Assembly (NCBI GenBank): GCA_965223335.1
Contig: OZ244991.1
Coordinates: 512,001 to 576,000, forward strand
Direction: 5' to 3'
DNA from: Thermodesulfobacteriota bacterium
Lineage (GTDB): Bacteria > Desulfobacterota_D > UBA1144 > Nemesobacterales > UBA2774
DNA: 64,000 nt
Positions 41,612 through 50,345 of the stretch are shown here, piece by piece. Position numbers and translations under genes: made by a program. Within the stretch, counting starts at the first letter, position 1; every line of letters starts with the position of its first letter. Below the pieces are notes generated by a model. That model saw only the letters and a program-made list of their open reading frames with translations. It ran no database searches and was not told the origin of the DNA.

Positions 41612-43549
41612 ATGATTAAAAAATCCATAACAGCAGTATTACTGCTCATGCTAGTGGGCTTTGCATATGTAAGCCCTGCCATGAGCCAAATCGGTACAGA
41701 CAACCTCTTCTGTCCTGCCGTACCCAATGATGTAGGCTGGCTAGAGGTACAGATACCTAACCCGGCTCAGGCCGACTTTACCGCAGGCCTCATAGGTACG
41801 GTAGAGGGTTTTGCGGGTTCTGCAGTGGGTGGTTTGGACTGGATGCATAACAACGACGATTTTGCACCGTTCTTCCCAAACTTTAACGCCAACCCCACAC
41901 CTACCACAGACAGCGGCTCACAGCTTGTGACCTGGTGGACACAGGCAGACAGCCGCAACACCTCTGTACAGGTTACAAACTCAAACGTCTTCTCGGGTAT
42001 AAACGTCCACGTGCGTATATTGGATGCAAACTGTGTAGAGATTCGTAACTTCTGCGATGCTTACACCCCCGGGGACACTCATGTGTACGACCTGGGCAAC
42101 TTGGTAAGTAACGCAGGTGCACCGATAGCCGACGAAAACCTACAGGGCAAAGAGGGTATATTGGTAGTAACCTCGGTAAACGGATGCCCCAACCCTGACG
42201 AGGCAATAGAGCATGACTACCTAACAGGTCAGACGGTTATCGTAGACTCTCAGGATTACATGTACGGAGTAAACATGTATGCCCGTCAGGCATTCTGTGA
42301 TGAGGCCGGGGAAGTGAATCTAGTGCAGAATGGCAGCTTCGAGAGTGGCAGCTTCGTTGTAAACGGTATGGTAGGGGTTTGGGTCTCTGGACAGGGTGCT
42401 CCTGGGACAATTGGTGTTATTGATCACACAGGCATATCCCCCAACTTTGCAGCACCGCCTGCAACACCTCCTGACCCTGCCAATGATTTTATGGCATTTG
42501 TAGCATCCAGCCCCGATTTTCCAAGTGGTTCATACCTTGGTGGTAGTTATCCCCCTGTTGCTGATCCTAATTTGATAACTGGTGGTGATTTCCCTGGCAA
42601 CGTGAATGTTACAATTCTGCAGTCTACCCCATTCATAACAAGCGATTCCAATACGCTCACATATGACTATTCAATCCTGTCGTCAAACGATCTAGGTTGC
42701 GACGGAGCGCTAGCTGTATTGCTTATAGACACAACAATTCCAAGCATCATTGGGGGCCAGTGCTATACTGACCCATTCAACACACCGCCCGGCTCTCAGC
42801 TAAATTTAACCGGTGGTGGTTTTGTTCTATGCCAATCAATACCTACAAATGATACACTCTACACTATCTCCCCTTTCACATTCACTGGCGGGAACTCTAG
42901 CTTTAACTCAGACAGCATTTTCATACCCTCTGCTGGTTCTTATGTTATTCAAGTTGTCACCTTGCAAGATGGTGATGTCATTAGCTGTACCAACAATGAT
43001 CAAGACACAGGGGCTCTAGTAGACAACTTCCAGGTGATTGAGCAAATCCAATGCACAGGTGTGCTAGACGGAGTTAACTCGTTCCTGGATATCGTAGACC
43101 CGACAATCCTCGCAGGCCAGTTTAATGTACAGACAGGTGCTGCAGGTGGAGACGTAGCGCTTATCTCCTTCATAGACGACTACGGTCCCCCATACCGCGC
43201 AGTAGCAGCAGCAACAGACACTGCAGTGGGTATATGGGACGATACAGAGGACTTCTCAAGCTGCGGCGACGTACCAGTGTGCTTCTTAAGGTTGGGTGTG
43301 GACGAAGCAGTAGTGGCCAGTCAGGACTTTGTAGTAGCCCCGACACTAGGGCCGACACTGCCACCGACAACACCACCTACACTGGGACCGACCTCTACAC
43401 CTACGAATCCGCCTAGCGGCAGTGGGAGTGGAAGCTGTGCAATAGCCCAAAGCCCAGTAGAGCTTGGAAGCGGACTAGCCAACGTACTTATCCCACTAGT
43501 ACCGGTAGCATTTGTATTTGGGGTAAGAAGGCTCCGCAGAAAGAAGTAG
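41612..43549 (+). CDS. Surface-anchored protein, family B copy 1
   Basis: Start ATG 41612 after AAGGAGG; signal peptide, conserved scaffold, variable middle domain, PT linker, GSC + TM + RRLRRKK tail. Confidence 0.9.
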   Translation: MIKKSITAVLLLMLVGFAYVSPAMSQIGTDNLFCPAVPNDVGWLEVQIPNPAQADFTAGLIGTVEGFAGSAVGGLDWMHNNDDFAPFFPNFNANPTPTTDSGSQLVTWWTQADSRNTSVQVTNSNVFSGINVHVRILDANCVEIRNFCDAYTPGDTHVYDLGNLVSNAGAPIADENLQGKEGILVVTSVNGCPNPDEAIEHDYLTGQTVIVDSQDYMYGVNMYARQAFCDEAGEVNLVQNGSFESGSFVVNGMVGVWVSGQGAPGTIGVIDHTGISPNFAAPPATPPDPANDFMAFVASSPDFPSGSYLGGSYPPVADPNLITGGDFPGNVNVTILQSTPFITSDSNTLTYDYSILSSNDLGCDGALAVLLIDTTIPSIIGGQCYTDPFNTPPGSQLNLTGGGFVLCQSIPTNDTLYTISPFTFTGGNSSFNSDSIFIPSAGSYVIQVVTLQDGDVISCTNNDQDTGALVDNFQVIEQIQCTGVLDGVNSFLDIVDPTILAGQFNVQTGAAGGDVALISFIDDYGPPYRAVAAATDTAVGIWDDTEDFSSCGDVPVCFLRLGVDEAVVASQDFVVAPTLGPTLPPTTPPTLGPTSTPTNPPSGSGSGSCAIAQSPVELGSGLANVLIPLVPVAFVFGVRRLRRKK

Positions 43550-43606
43550 ATACATAAGAAATAAATACGGCAGTTAGTATTTAGACTGCCGAAGATAAAG
43601 CTTTAG

Positions 43607-43650
43607 AAAAAAGCCGGGTGAGTAGAGATTATTCACCCGGCTTTTTCTTT
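43607..43650 (+). terminator. Intrinsic terminator after B1
   Basis: AAAAAGCCGGGTGAGTA-GAGAT-TATTCACCCGGCTTTTTCTTT. Confidence 0.85.
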
Positions 43651-43683
43651 ATTAAATTCGTAAGTAGTTACCATTCAAAAATC

Positions 43684-43712
43684 TTGTAATCCTAGACAGC
43701 TTCGATTAAAAT
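43684..43712 (+). promoter_or_regulatory. Putative sigma70 promoter of unit 2
   Basis: TTGTAA-N17-TAAAAT, positionally conserved with the unit 3 promoter. Confidence 0.6.
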
Positions 43713-43762
43713 CGTAATAACTCGACTATATAAGTTGTAAACAATTTAAGGAGGAAGGATAG

Positions 43763-44797
43763 ATGACCAATGTGTTCATATCCAAACTAAAGTACCATAT
43801 TGTTTTATTCTTGATACTGGTGATGCCAGCTGCATCACTGGCTGGCACCAGTGTAGTAGATTCAGACTTTATAGACCAGACCGATCAAAGTGCAGAGCGT
43901 CTGGTTTATTTCTGGGACATGAGAATGGCTCGCCAGTCATTCATTCAGCTCACCAACGTTTCCCAGGGACTTGCTTTTGTCCACGTACAGATCTTCAACG
44001 TCACGTCTCCCGTAGTAGTGTGCGAAGAGACCGACTTTGATGATGTGTACACACCGGGTGACACCCATGTGTACGACATGGGAAGTCTTATCTCAAACAA
44101 CGACGCCGACGGACTTGGGTTCGTAGGGTTCTCTGCACCTAATGCAGACTTGGATGAGGGATACGGACTAGTAGTAATCTCTTTGGACAGCGGTCCAATA
44201 TTCCCGCTTATCGGAATGTTTAGGATCATAGACGGCGATGGGGATTTTGAGTACAGGACCAACGCAGCAGGAGAAGAATTTTTTATTTCTAGCGATAACC
44301 TTTGGGATCTAGCAGACCTCAACTTCAACAATGTAGACGGCGCAGACCTCTCAGACGTAGTAGGACTAGTGTACAGGAGCATTGATAACAGGTCTGTGAT
44401 TGCAAGCCCGCTAATCCAGGCGGTGTTTGGTGATGCTACAGGTGATGTAACCGACGCTGACCCCCAAATTCATATATTTGATGAATTCGAGAGCCCCACG
44501 TCATGCAGCCCAACAACTTTTGCCTGCGACCTGACACTCGTAGACAAAGGGATAGATAATTTCCACCCTAACAGCAAAGGAGAGGTTAATAGGATCTGTA
44601 ACGACAGTGTGGATGTAGGATGGCTGTTTATGCCTCTCCAAAGATTCAACTGCTTCGACATAGAACCTATAACTGGAGAATGTATATTCGAGGAAATATT
44701 TTTTGTCGGTTTCCTTGGTCTCAACAATGGAGACGGAACAGGTTCGATGGATTCGTGGTGGACCCCTGGGCTTGGTGATGAGGGTACAAATGGGTAA
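43763..44797 (+). CDS. Secreted protein, family A copy 2
   Basis: RBS AAGGAGG, signal peptide, paralog of A1 and A3. Confidence 0.9.
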   Translation: MTNVFISKLKYHIVLFLILVMPAASLAGTSVVDSDFIDQTDQSAERLVYFWDMRMARQSFIQLTNVSQGLAFVHVQIFNVTSPVVVCEETDFDDVYTPGDTHVYDMGSLISNNDADGLGFVGFSAPNADLDEGYGLVVISLDSGPIFPLIGMFRIIDGDGDFEYRTNAAGEEFFISSDNLWDLADLNFNNVDGADLSDVVGLVYRSIDNRSVIASPLIQAVFGDATGDVTDADPQIHIFDEFESPTSCSPTTFACDLTLVDKGIDNFHPNSKGEVNRICNDSVDVGWLFMPLQRFNCFDIEPITGECIFEEIFFVGFLGLNNGDGTGSMDSWWTPGLGDEGTNG

Positions 44798-44887
44798 GTA
44801 TCAATAGCCTAATCCCAAGGAGATGTCGATAAATCGATGAAAATTTATCAAAAACAAAAAAACGAAAAATTTGAGGAGGAAAGAAGG

Positions 44888-46852
44888 ATGATAAGAAAAT
44901 CATTCACAACTATAATGTTGCTGGTCCTGGTGGGTTTGGTTTTTATGCCCCAAGCCCAGGCACAGATCGGCACAGACAACCTGCTCTGCCCCTCTGTACC
45001 TAACGAGGTGGGCTGGGTAGAGATCCAGGTACCTAACCCCGCACAGGCCGACTTTACCGCTGGCCTTGTAGGCACTGTAGAGAACTTCGGCGGTGCTGCC
45101 GTGGGTGGACTCGACTGGATGCATAACAACGACTTTTTTGATTTTGGCTTCTTCTTTTTCTTTGGGGCCAACCCCACACCTACCACAGACAGCGGCTCTC
45201 AGCTTGTGACCTGGTGGACACAGGCCAACGGGCGTAATACCTCTGTGCAGGTAACAAACTCTAGTGTGTTTGTAGGGGGCCCTGTACACGTGAGGATACT
45301 TGATGCCAACTGTGTAGAGATCCGTAACTTCTGTGACTTCTACACCCCCGGCGACACACATGTGTATGACCTAGGGAACCTGGTGGATAACGGTGGGGCG
45401 GCAATCCCCGACGATAACCTACAGGGTAAAGAGGGTATATTCCTCGTAACAGCAGTGGACGGGTGTCCTAACCCTGACAATGCAGTAGAGGCTGATTTCC
45501 TCACGGGTCAGACAGTAATAGTGGACCCCAACGATTACATGTACGGAGTAAACATGTATGCCCGTCAGGCGTTTTGTGACGAGGCTGGGGAGAGAAACGT
45601 GATTACAAACGGCAGCTTCCAGAGTGGGAGTTTCTTCCTTACTGCAGGGCCAATAATACTTCCTGTATGGTTTGTGACACAGGGCAGTTCATCGGCTGTC
45701 ATAGACCCCACAGGGATATCACCAAACGTAGCGGCACCACCGGCGTCACCTCCGGACCCTGCTAATGATTTCTATGCATATGTAGCATCTACACCTAATG
45801 TAACAGGTACATATAGTGGTGGGAGCTTTGGCACACTGGCCACAACCAACTTGTTCAACTCCTTTGCACCCGAATCAAGTACGACTATCCTTGAGTCATT
45901 ACCGTTTACAACCACTGCTTCAAATACACTCACTTTCGACTTTTCAATCCTATCTCCAAGCAACGATCCGGCTAACGATTGTGATGCGGCGCTTGCTGTC
46001 ATATTGATTGACACATCAGTTCCTGTGATGATAGGGGCACAGTGCTATTTTGATCCGGTACAGGCAGTAAATGGTGGTGCACCGTCGAGTATCAACAGAA
46101 TAACAAGCGGTGGTGCAACAGTTGGTACCGTTGGCTGTCAAGCAATACCCACAGATGATACTGTATACACGATAACTCCATTCACATTCTTTGGCGGGCG
46201 TTCCAGTTTCAATAATGACGCTATCGGAATACCATCTGCAGGCACCTATGCTATTCAGGTTGTTTCTATGCAAGATGAAGATTGTCCCAATGAGTTAGAG
46301 CAGGATAGTGGGATTTTAGCTGACAATTTCCGTGTGATTGAGCCCATCATATGCGACGGTGTATTGGACGGTGTCAACTCGTTCCTGGACGTCGTAGACC
46401 CCACAATCCTATCCGGTCAGTTTAATGTACAGACCGGCTCGGCAGGTGGAGACGCTGTGGTTATCTCCTTTATAGACGACTACGGTCCCCCATACCGCGC
46501 ACTCGCAGCCGCCACGGACCTTGCAGTGGGTATATGGGACGACCTGGAGACATTCACAAGCTGCGGCGACACACCGGTTTGCTTCTTGAGACTGGGCATA
46601 GACGAGGCTGTAGTGGCCAGCGAGGATTTCATAATTATCCCGACACTTGGACCCACACTGCCTCCGACCACACCACCTACACTAGGGCCTACACTGCCGC
46701 CAACGAATCCGCCTAGCAAGAAGAGCAGCGGTAGTTGTGCTATAGCAGCTAGCCCGGTAGAGCTAGGGAGTGGACTTGCGAACGTACTTATCCCTCTGGT
46801 ACCAGTAGCGTTTGTATTCGGGGTACGTGCACTGCGCAGGAAAAAGAAGTAA
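44888..46852 (+). CDS. Surface-anchored protein, family B copy 2
   Basis: Start ATG 44888 after GAGGAGG; same architecture as B1 and B3. Confidence 0.9.
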   Translation: MIRKSFTTIMLLVLVGLVFMPQAQAQIGTDNLLCPSVPNEVGWVEIQVPNPAQADFTAGLVGTVENFGGAAVGGLDWMHNNDFFDFGFFFFFGANPTPTTDSGSQLVTWWTQANGRNTSVQVTNSSVFVGGPVHVRILDANCVEIRNFCDFYTPGDTHVYDLGNLVDNGGAAIPDDNLQGKEGIFLVTAVDGCPNPDNAVEADFLTGQTVIVDPNDYMYGVNMYARQAFCDEAGERNVITNGSFQSGSFFLTAGPIILPVWFVTQGSSSAVIDPTGISPNVAAPPASPPDPANDFYAYVASTPNVTGTYSGGSFGTLATTNLFNSFAPESSTTILESLPFTTTASNTLTFDFSILSPSNDPANDCDAALAVILIDTSVPVMIGAQCYFDPVQAVNGGAPSSINRITSGGATVGTVGCQAIPTDDTVYTITPFTFFGGRSSFNNDAIGIPSAGTYAIQVVSMQDEDCPNELEQDSGILADNFRVIEPIICDGVLDGVNSFLDVVDPTILSGQFNVQTGSAGGDAVVISFIDDYGPPYRALAAATDLAVGIWDDLETFTSCGDTPVCFLRLGIDEAVVASEDFIIIPTLGPTLPPTTPPTLGPTLPPTNPPSKKSSGSCAIAASPVELGSGLANVLIPLVPVAFVFGVRALRRKKK

Positions 46853-46915
46853 TGGGGACCGCAAGGGAGTAGCATTATCACGACCGACAGGCAGGAACAA
46901 AATGGGGTCGTGGGA
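46851..46915 (+). repeat. Dispersed ~60-bp repeat, copy 1
   Basis: AATGGGGACCG..AGGGAG-N11-CGAC...GGAA.AAAATGGGGTCG.GGGA, shared with 57400-57460. Confidence 0.7.
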
Positions 46916-47004
46916 CAGCGGTCTAAGACCGAGTAATAAATAAAACATGAGCAAGGTAGGTAAGTAATTGTCTACTCTGCTCTTAAATAAAGAGATTTAA
47001 AAGA

Positions 47005-47044
47005 AGGCCGGGTGAGTAGAGATTACTCACTCGGCTTTTTCTTT
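47005..47044 (+). terminator. Intrinsic terminator after B2
   Basis: GCCGGGTGAGTA-GAGAT-TACTCACTCGGC-TTTTTCTTT, paralog of the B1 terminator. Confidence 0.85.
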
Positions 47045-47077
47045 ATTAAATACATAAGTAGTTACCCTTAAAAAATA

Positions 47078-47106
47078 TTGTATTTTGTTTTGGCTTCAAT
47101 TAGAAT
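47078..47106 (+). promoter_or_regulatory. Putative sigma70 promoter of unit 3
   Basis: TTGTAT-N17-TAGAAT. Confidence 0.6.
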
Positions 47107-47156
47107 CGTACTAACTCGACTATATCAGCTTTACAAAATTTAAGGAGGAAGGATAG

Positions 47157-48218
47157 ATGACCTACCAAATTATATCCAGGTTACAATATATTGTAGTGTT
47201 TACACTGCTGTTGATTGCTCCCACAGTATCAATGGCAGGGTTAGTTACTATCACAGTAGACACCATAGACCAGACGGATCAGGCAACTGATGATCTGGTG
47301 TATTTCTGGGATATGCGTATGGCTCGCCAGACCTTTGCTCAGCTTACAAATGTGAGCCAGGGGACTGTGTTTGTACACGTCCAGATCTTTAACGTTACCT
47401 CCCCGGTAGTGGTATGCGAAGAGACCGACTTCGACGATGTATACACCCCGGGGGACACTCACGTGTATGACCTGGGCAACCTAGTATCCAACAATGATGC
47501 AGATGGACTGGGGTTTGTAGGGTTTTCTGCCCCCGGAGCCGACTTTGATGAGGGTTACGGCTTAATTGTAATCTCAGCGTTCAGCGGACCTGAGGACTCG
47601 CTAATCGGTATGTTTAGGATTATTGATGGCGATGGGGACTTCGAGTACAGGACCAATGCTGCTGGTGAGGAAGTGTTCAGTCTCGCATCAAACTTCTGGG
47701 ATAGAGGTGTAGTTAACTTCAATAATGTGGATGGCGCCGATCTTGCAGATGTAGTGGGTCTTGTTTATAGGAGAATAGACGATTCGTCTGTTGTAGCCAG
47801 CCCGCTAATCCAGGCAGTATTCGGTAATGCTACTGGGGATGTAACCGACGCTGACCCACAAGTTCATATATTTGATGAGTTCGAGAGTCCAACATCGTGC
47901 AGCCCTACGACGTTTGCCTGCGACCTTACACTTGTAGATAAAGGGATAGACAACTTCCATCCTAACTCAAAGGGCGAGGTCAATAGAATTTGTAACGACA
48001 GTGTGGATGTCGGGTGGCTGTTTATGCCGCTTCAGAGATTCAATTGCTTTGATGTAGATCCTATTACGGGTGACTGTCCTAGCACACAAGTTTCAACAGT
48101 TTTATTTGTTGGGTTCTTGGGTTTAAACAACGGGGACGGTACAGGTTCCATGGACTCGTGGTGGACACCTAGCATCTCAGATGAAAGTACGATAATCAAT
48201 CAGCTTGCAGAAGAATAA
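47157..48218 (+). CDS. Secreted protein, family A copy 3
   Basis: RBS AAGGAGG, signal peptide, paralog of A1 and A2. Confidence 0.9.
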   Translation: MTYQIISRLQYIVVFTLLLIAPTVSMAGLVTITVDTIDQTDQATDDLVYFWDMRMARQTFAQLTNVSQGTVFVHVQIFNVTSPVVVCEETDFDDVYTPGDTHVYDLGNLVSNNDADGLGFVGFSAPGADFDEGYGLIVISAFSGPEDSLIGMFRIIDGDGDFEYRTNAAGEEVFSLASNFWDRGVVNFNNVDGADLADVVGLVYRRIDDSSVVASPLIQAVFGNATGDVTDADPQVHIFDEFESPTSCSPTTFACDLTLVDKGIDNFHPNSKGEVNRICNDSVDVGWLFMPLQRFNCFDVDPITGDCPSTQVSTVLFVGFLGLNNGDGTGSMDSWWTPSISDESTIINQLAEE

Positions 48219-48271
48219 AACTATGTATCTGTTTGAGAAAAGACACAAACGATCCCAAGGAGGATAGTTAG

Positions 48272-50221
48272 ATGATACAAAAATTCTTAACGGCATTTTT
48301 ACTAGTGGCTCTCGTGGGCTTGAGTTATGTTAGCCCCGCCATGAGTCAGATCGGCACAGACAACCTACTCTGCCCCTCTGTACCCAACGAGGTGGGCTGG
48401 GTAGAGATCCAGGTACCTAACCCCGCACAGGCCGACTTTACCGCTGGCCTTGTAGGCACCGTAGAGAACTTCGGCGGTGCTGCCGTGGGTGGACTCGACT
48501 GGATGCATAACAACGACTTTTTTGATTTTGGCTTCTTCTTTTTCTTTGGAGCCAACCCCACACCTACCACAGACAGCGGCTCTCAGCTTGTGACCTGGTG
48601 GACACAGGCCAACGGCCGCAACACCTCTGTGCAGGTAACAAACTCTAGTGTGTTTGTAGGGGGCCCTGTACACGTGAGGATACTTGATGCCAACTGTGTA
48701 GAGATCAGAAATTTCTGTGACTTCTACACCCCCGGCGACACACATGTGTATGACCTAGGGAACCTGGTGGATAACGGTGGGGCGGCAATCCCCGACGATA
48801 ACCTACAGGGTAAAGAGGGTATATTCCTCGTAACAGCAGTGGACGGGTGTCCTAACCCTGACAATGCAGTAGAGGCTGATTTCCTCACGGGTCAGACAGT
48901 AATAGTGGACCCCAACGATTACATGTACGGAGTAAACATGTATGCCCGTCAGGCGTTTTGTGACGAGGCCGGGGAACAGAACCTAATTTTAAACGGCAGC
49001 TTCCAGACAGGGGAGTTGGATATACCGACAATATTTGGCCCAAACCCTGTATGGTCCATCACGCAGGGAGACCAATTTACTCCGGTAGCAGGAGTCATAA
49101 ACCCCACAGGCATCTCTCCCAACGTAGCTGCGCCACCTGCATCACCCCCGGACCCACCAAATGATTTTTATGCATATGTGGCCCAAACCTCAGGGGGTAG
49201 CACCTATAGTGGGGGCAGCTTTACAACACTAGCAACGGATGATTTGTTCTTGCCCTTAGGTCCTGAATTTAATACGACCATCTTACAAAGTGCTGATATT
49301 GTAACTACAGGTGGAGGTCCCGTCACATACGAGTACTCAATATTAACACCGGATTTATCAGGAGATTGTGATTCGGCTTTTGGTGTGATTTTGATAGACC
49401 TCAGCACACCGGTTATGGTAGATGCCAATTGCTATTCCGACCCTGATCAAAGTTTCCCTACTACGACCATAAACCTCATAACCAGTGGTGGAGGTATAGC
49501 GGGAACCAGAACTTGCACCGATACGGTAACAGATAACACTGTCTATACGCTTGGCACATTCTCATTCCCTAACGGCCGCTCCAGCTTTAATGGCGACACG
49601 CTTAATGTACCGGGACCTGGCACCTATGCCCTTCAGGTTGTGGTTATACAAGACGGCAATTGCGCTACAGATGATTCAGCTATTCTTGTAGACAACTTCC
49701 AGTTCATAGAGCCCATCATATGCGACGGTGTGCTCGACGGAGTAAACTCGTTCCTGGACGTTGTGGATCCCACAATCCTATCCGGTCAGTTTAATGTACA
49801 GACCGGCTCGGCAGGTGGAGACGCTGTGGTTATCTCCTTTATAGACGACTACGGTCCCCCGTATAGAGCACTCGCAGCCGCCACGGACACTGCAGTGGGT
49901 ATTTGGGACGACCTGGAGACATTCACAAGCTGCGGCGACACACCGGTTTGCTTCTTGAGACTGGGCATAGACGAGGCTGTAGTGGCCAGCGAGGATTTCA
50001 TAATTATCCCGACACTTGGACCCACACTGCCTCCGACCACACCACCTACACTAGGGCCTACACTGCCGCCAACGAATCCGCCTAGCAAGAAGAGCAGCGG
50101 TAGTTGTGCTATAGCAGCTAGCCCGGTAGAGCTAGGGAGTGGACTTGCGAACGTACTTATCCCTCTGGTACCAGTAGCGTTTGTATTCGGGGTAAGAAGA
50201 CTCCGCAGAAAAAAGAAGTAA
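48272..50221 (+). CDS. Surface-anchored protein, family B copy 3
   Basis: RBS AAGGAGG; constant regions nearly identical to B2 at DNA level, distinct middle domain. Confidence 0.9.
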   Translation: MIQKFLTAFLLVALVGLSYVSPAMSQIGTDNLLCPSVPNEVGWVEIQVPNPAQADFTAGLVGTVENFGGAAVGGLDWMHNNDFFDFGFFFFFGANPTPTTDSGSQLVTWWTQANGRNTSVQVTNSSVFVGGPVHVRILDANCVEIRNFCDFYTPGDTHVYDLGNLVDNGGAAIPDDNLQGKEGIFLVTAVDGCPNPDNAVEADFLTGQTVIVDPNDYMYGVNMYARQAFCDEAGEQNLILNGSFQTGELDIPTIFGPNPVWSITQGDQFTPVAGVINPTGISPNVAAPPASPPDPPNDFYAYVAQTSGGSTYSGGSFTTLATDDLFLPLGPEFNTTILQSADIVTTGGGPVTYEYSILTPDLSGDCDSAFGVILIDLSTPVMVDANCYSDPDQSFPTTTINLITSGGGIAGTRTCTDTVTDNTVYTLGTFSFPNGRSSFNGDTLNVPGPGTYALQVVVIQDGNCATDDSAILVDNFQFIEPIICDGVLDGVNSFLDVVDPTILSGQFNVQTGSAGGDAVVISFIDDYGPPYRALAAATDTAVGIWDDLETFTSCGDTPVCFLRLGIDEAVVASEDFIIIPTLGPTLPPTTPPTLGPTLPPTNPPSKKSSGSCAIAASPVELGSGLANVLIPLVPVAFVFGVRRLRRKKK

Positions 50222-50257
50222 AAATAGTATAGTTAAGTAATAGAGATCAAATATTAC

Positions 50258-50289
50258 GCGGCGGTAACCTTGAGTTATCGCCGCTTTTT
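50258..50289 (+). terminator. Intrinsic terminator after B3
   Basis: GCGGCGGTAAC-CTTGA-GTTATCGCCGC-TTTTT. Confidence 0.8.
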
Positions 50290-50345
50290 AATTTTGGGCA
50301 GTATATGTAAATAATTTGGTAGGGTGGTTTATTATCGGGCTAAAA

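Noticed and set aside
40517..50221. Diversity-generating retroelement as the source of variation in the array
   Set aside because: No reverse transcriptase in the window; differences are not adenine-specific and include indels and whole-domain divergence.
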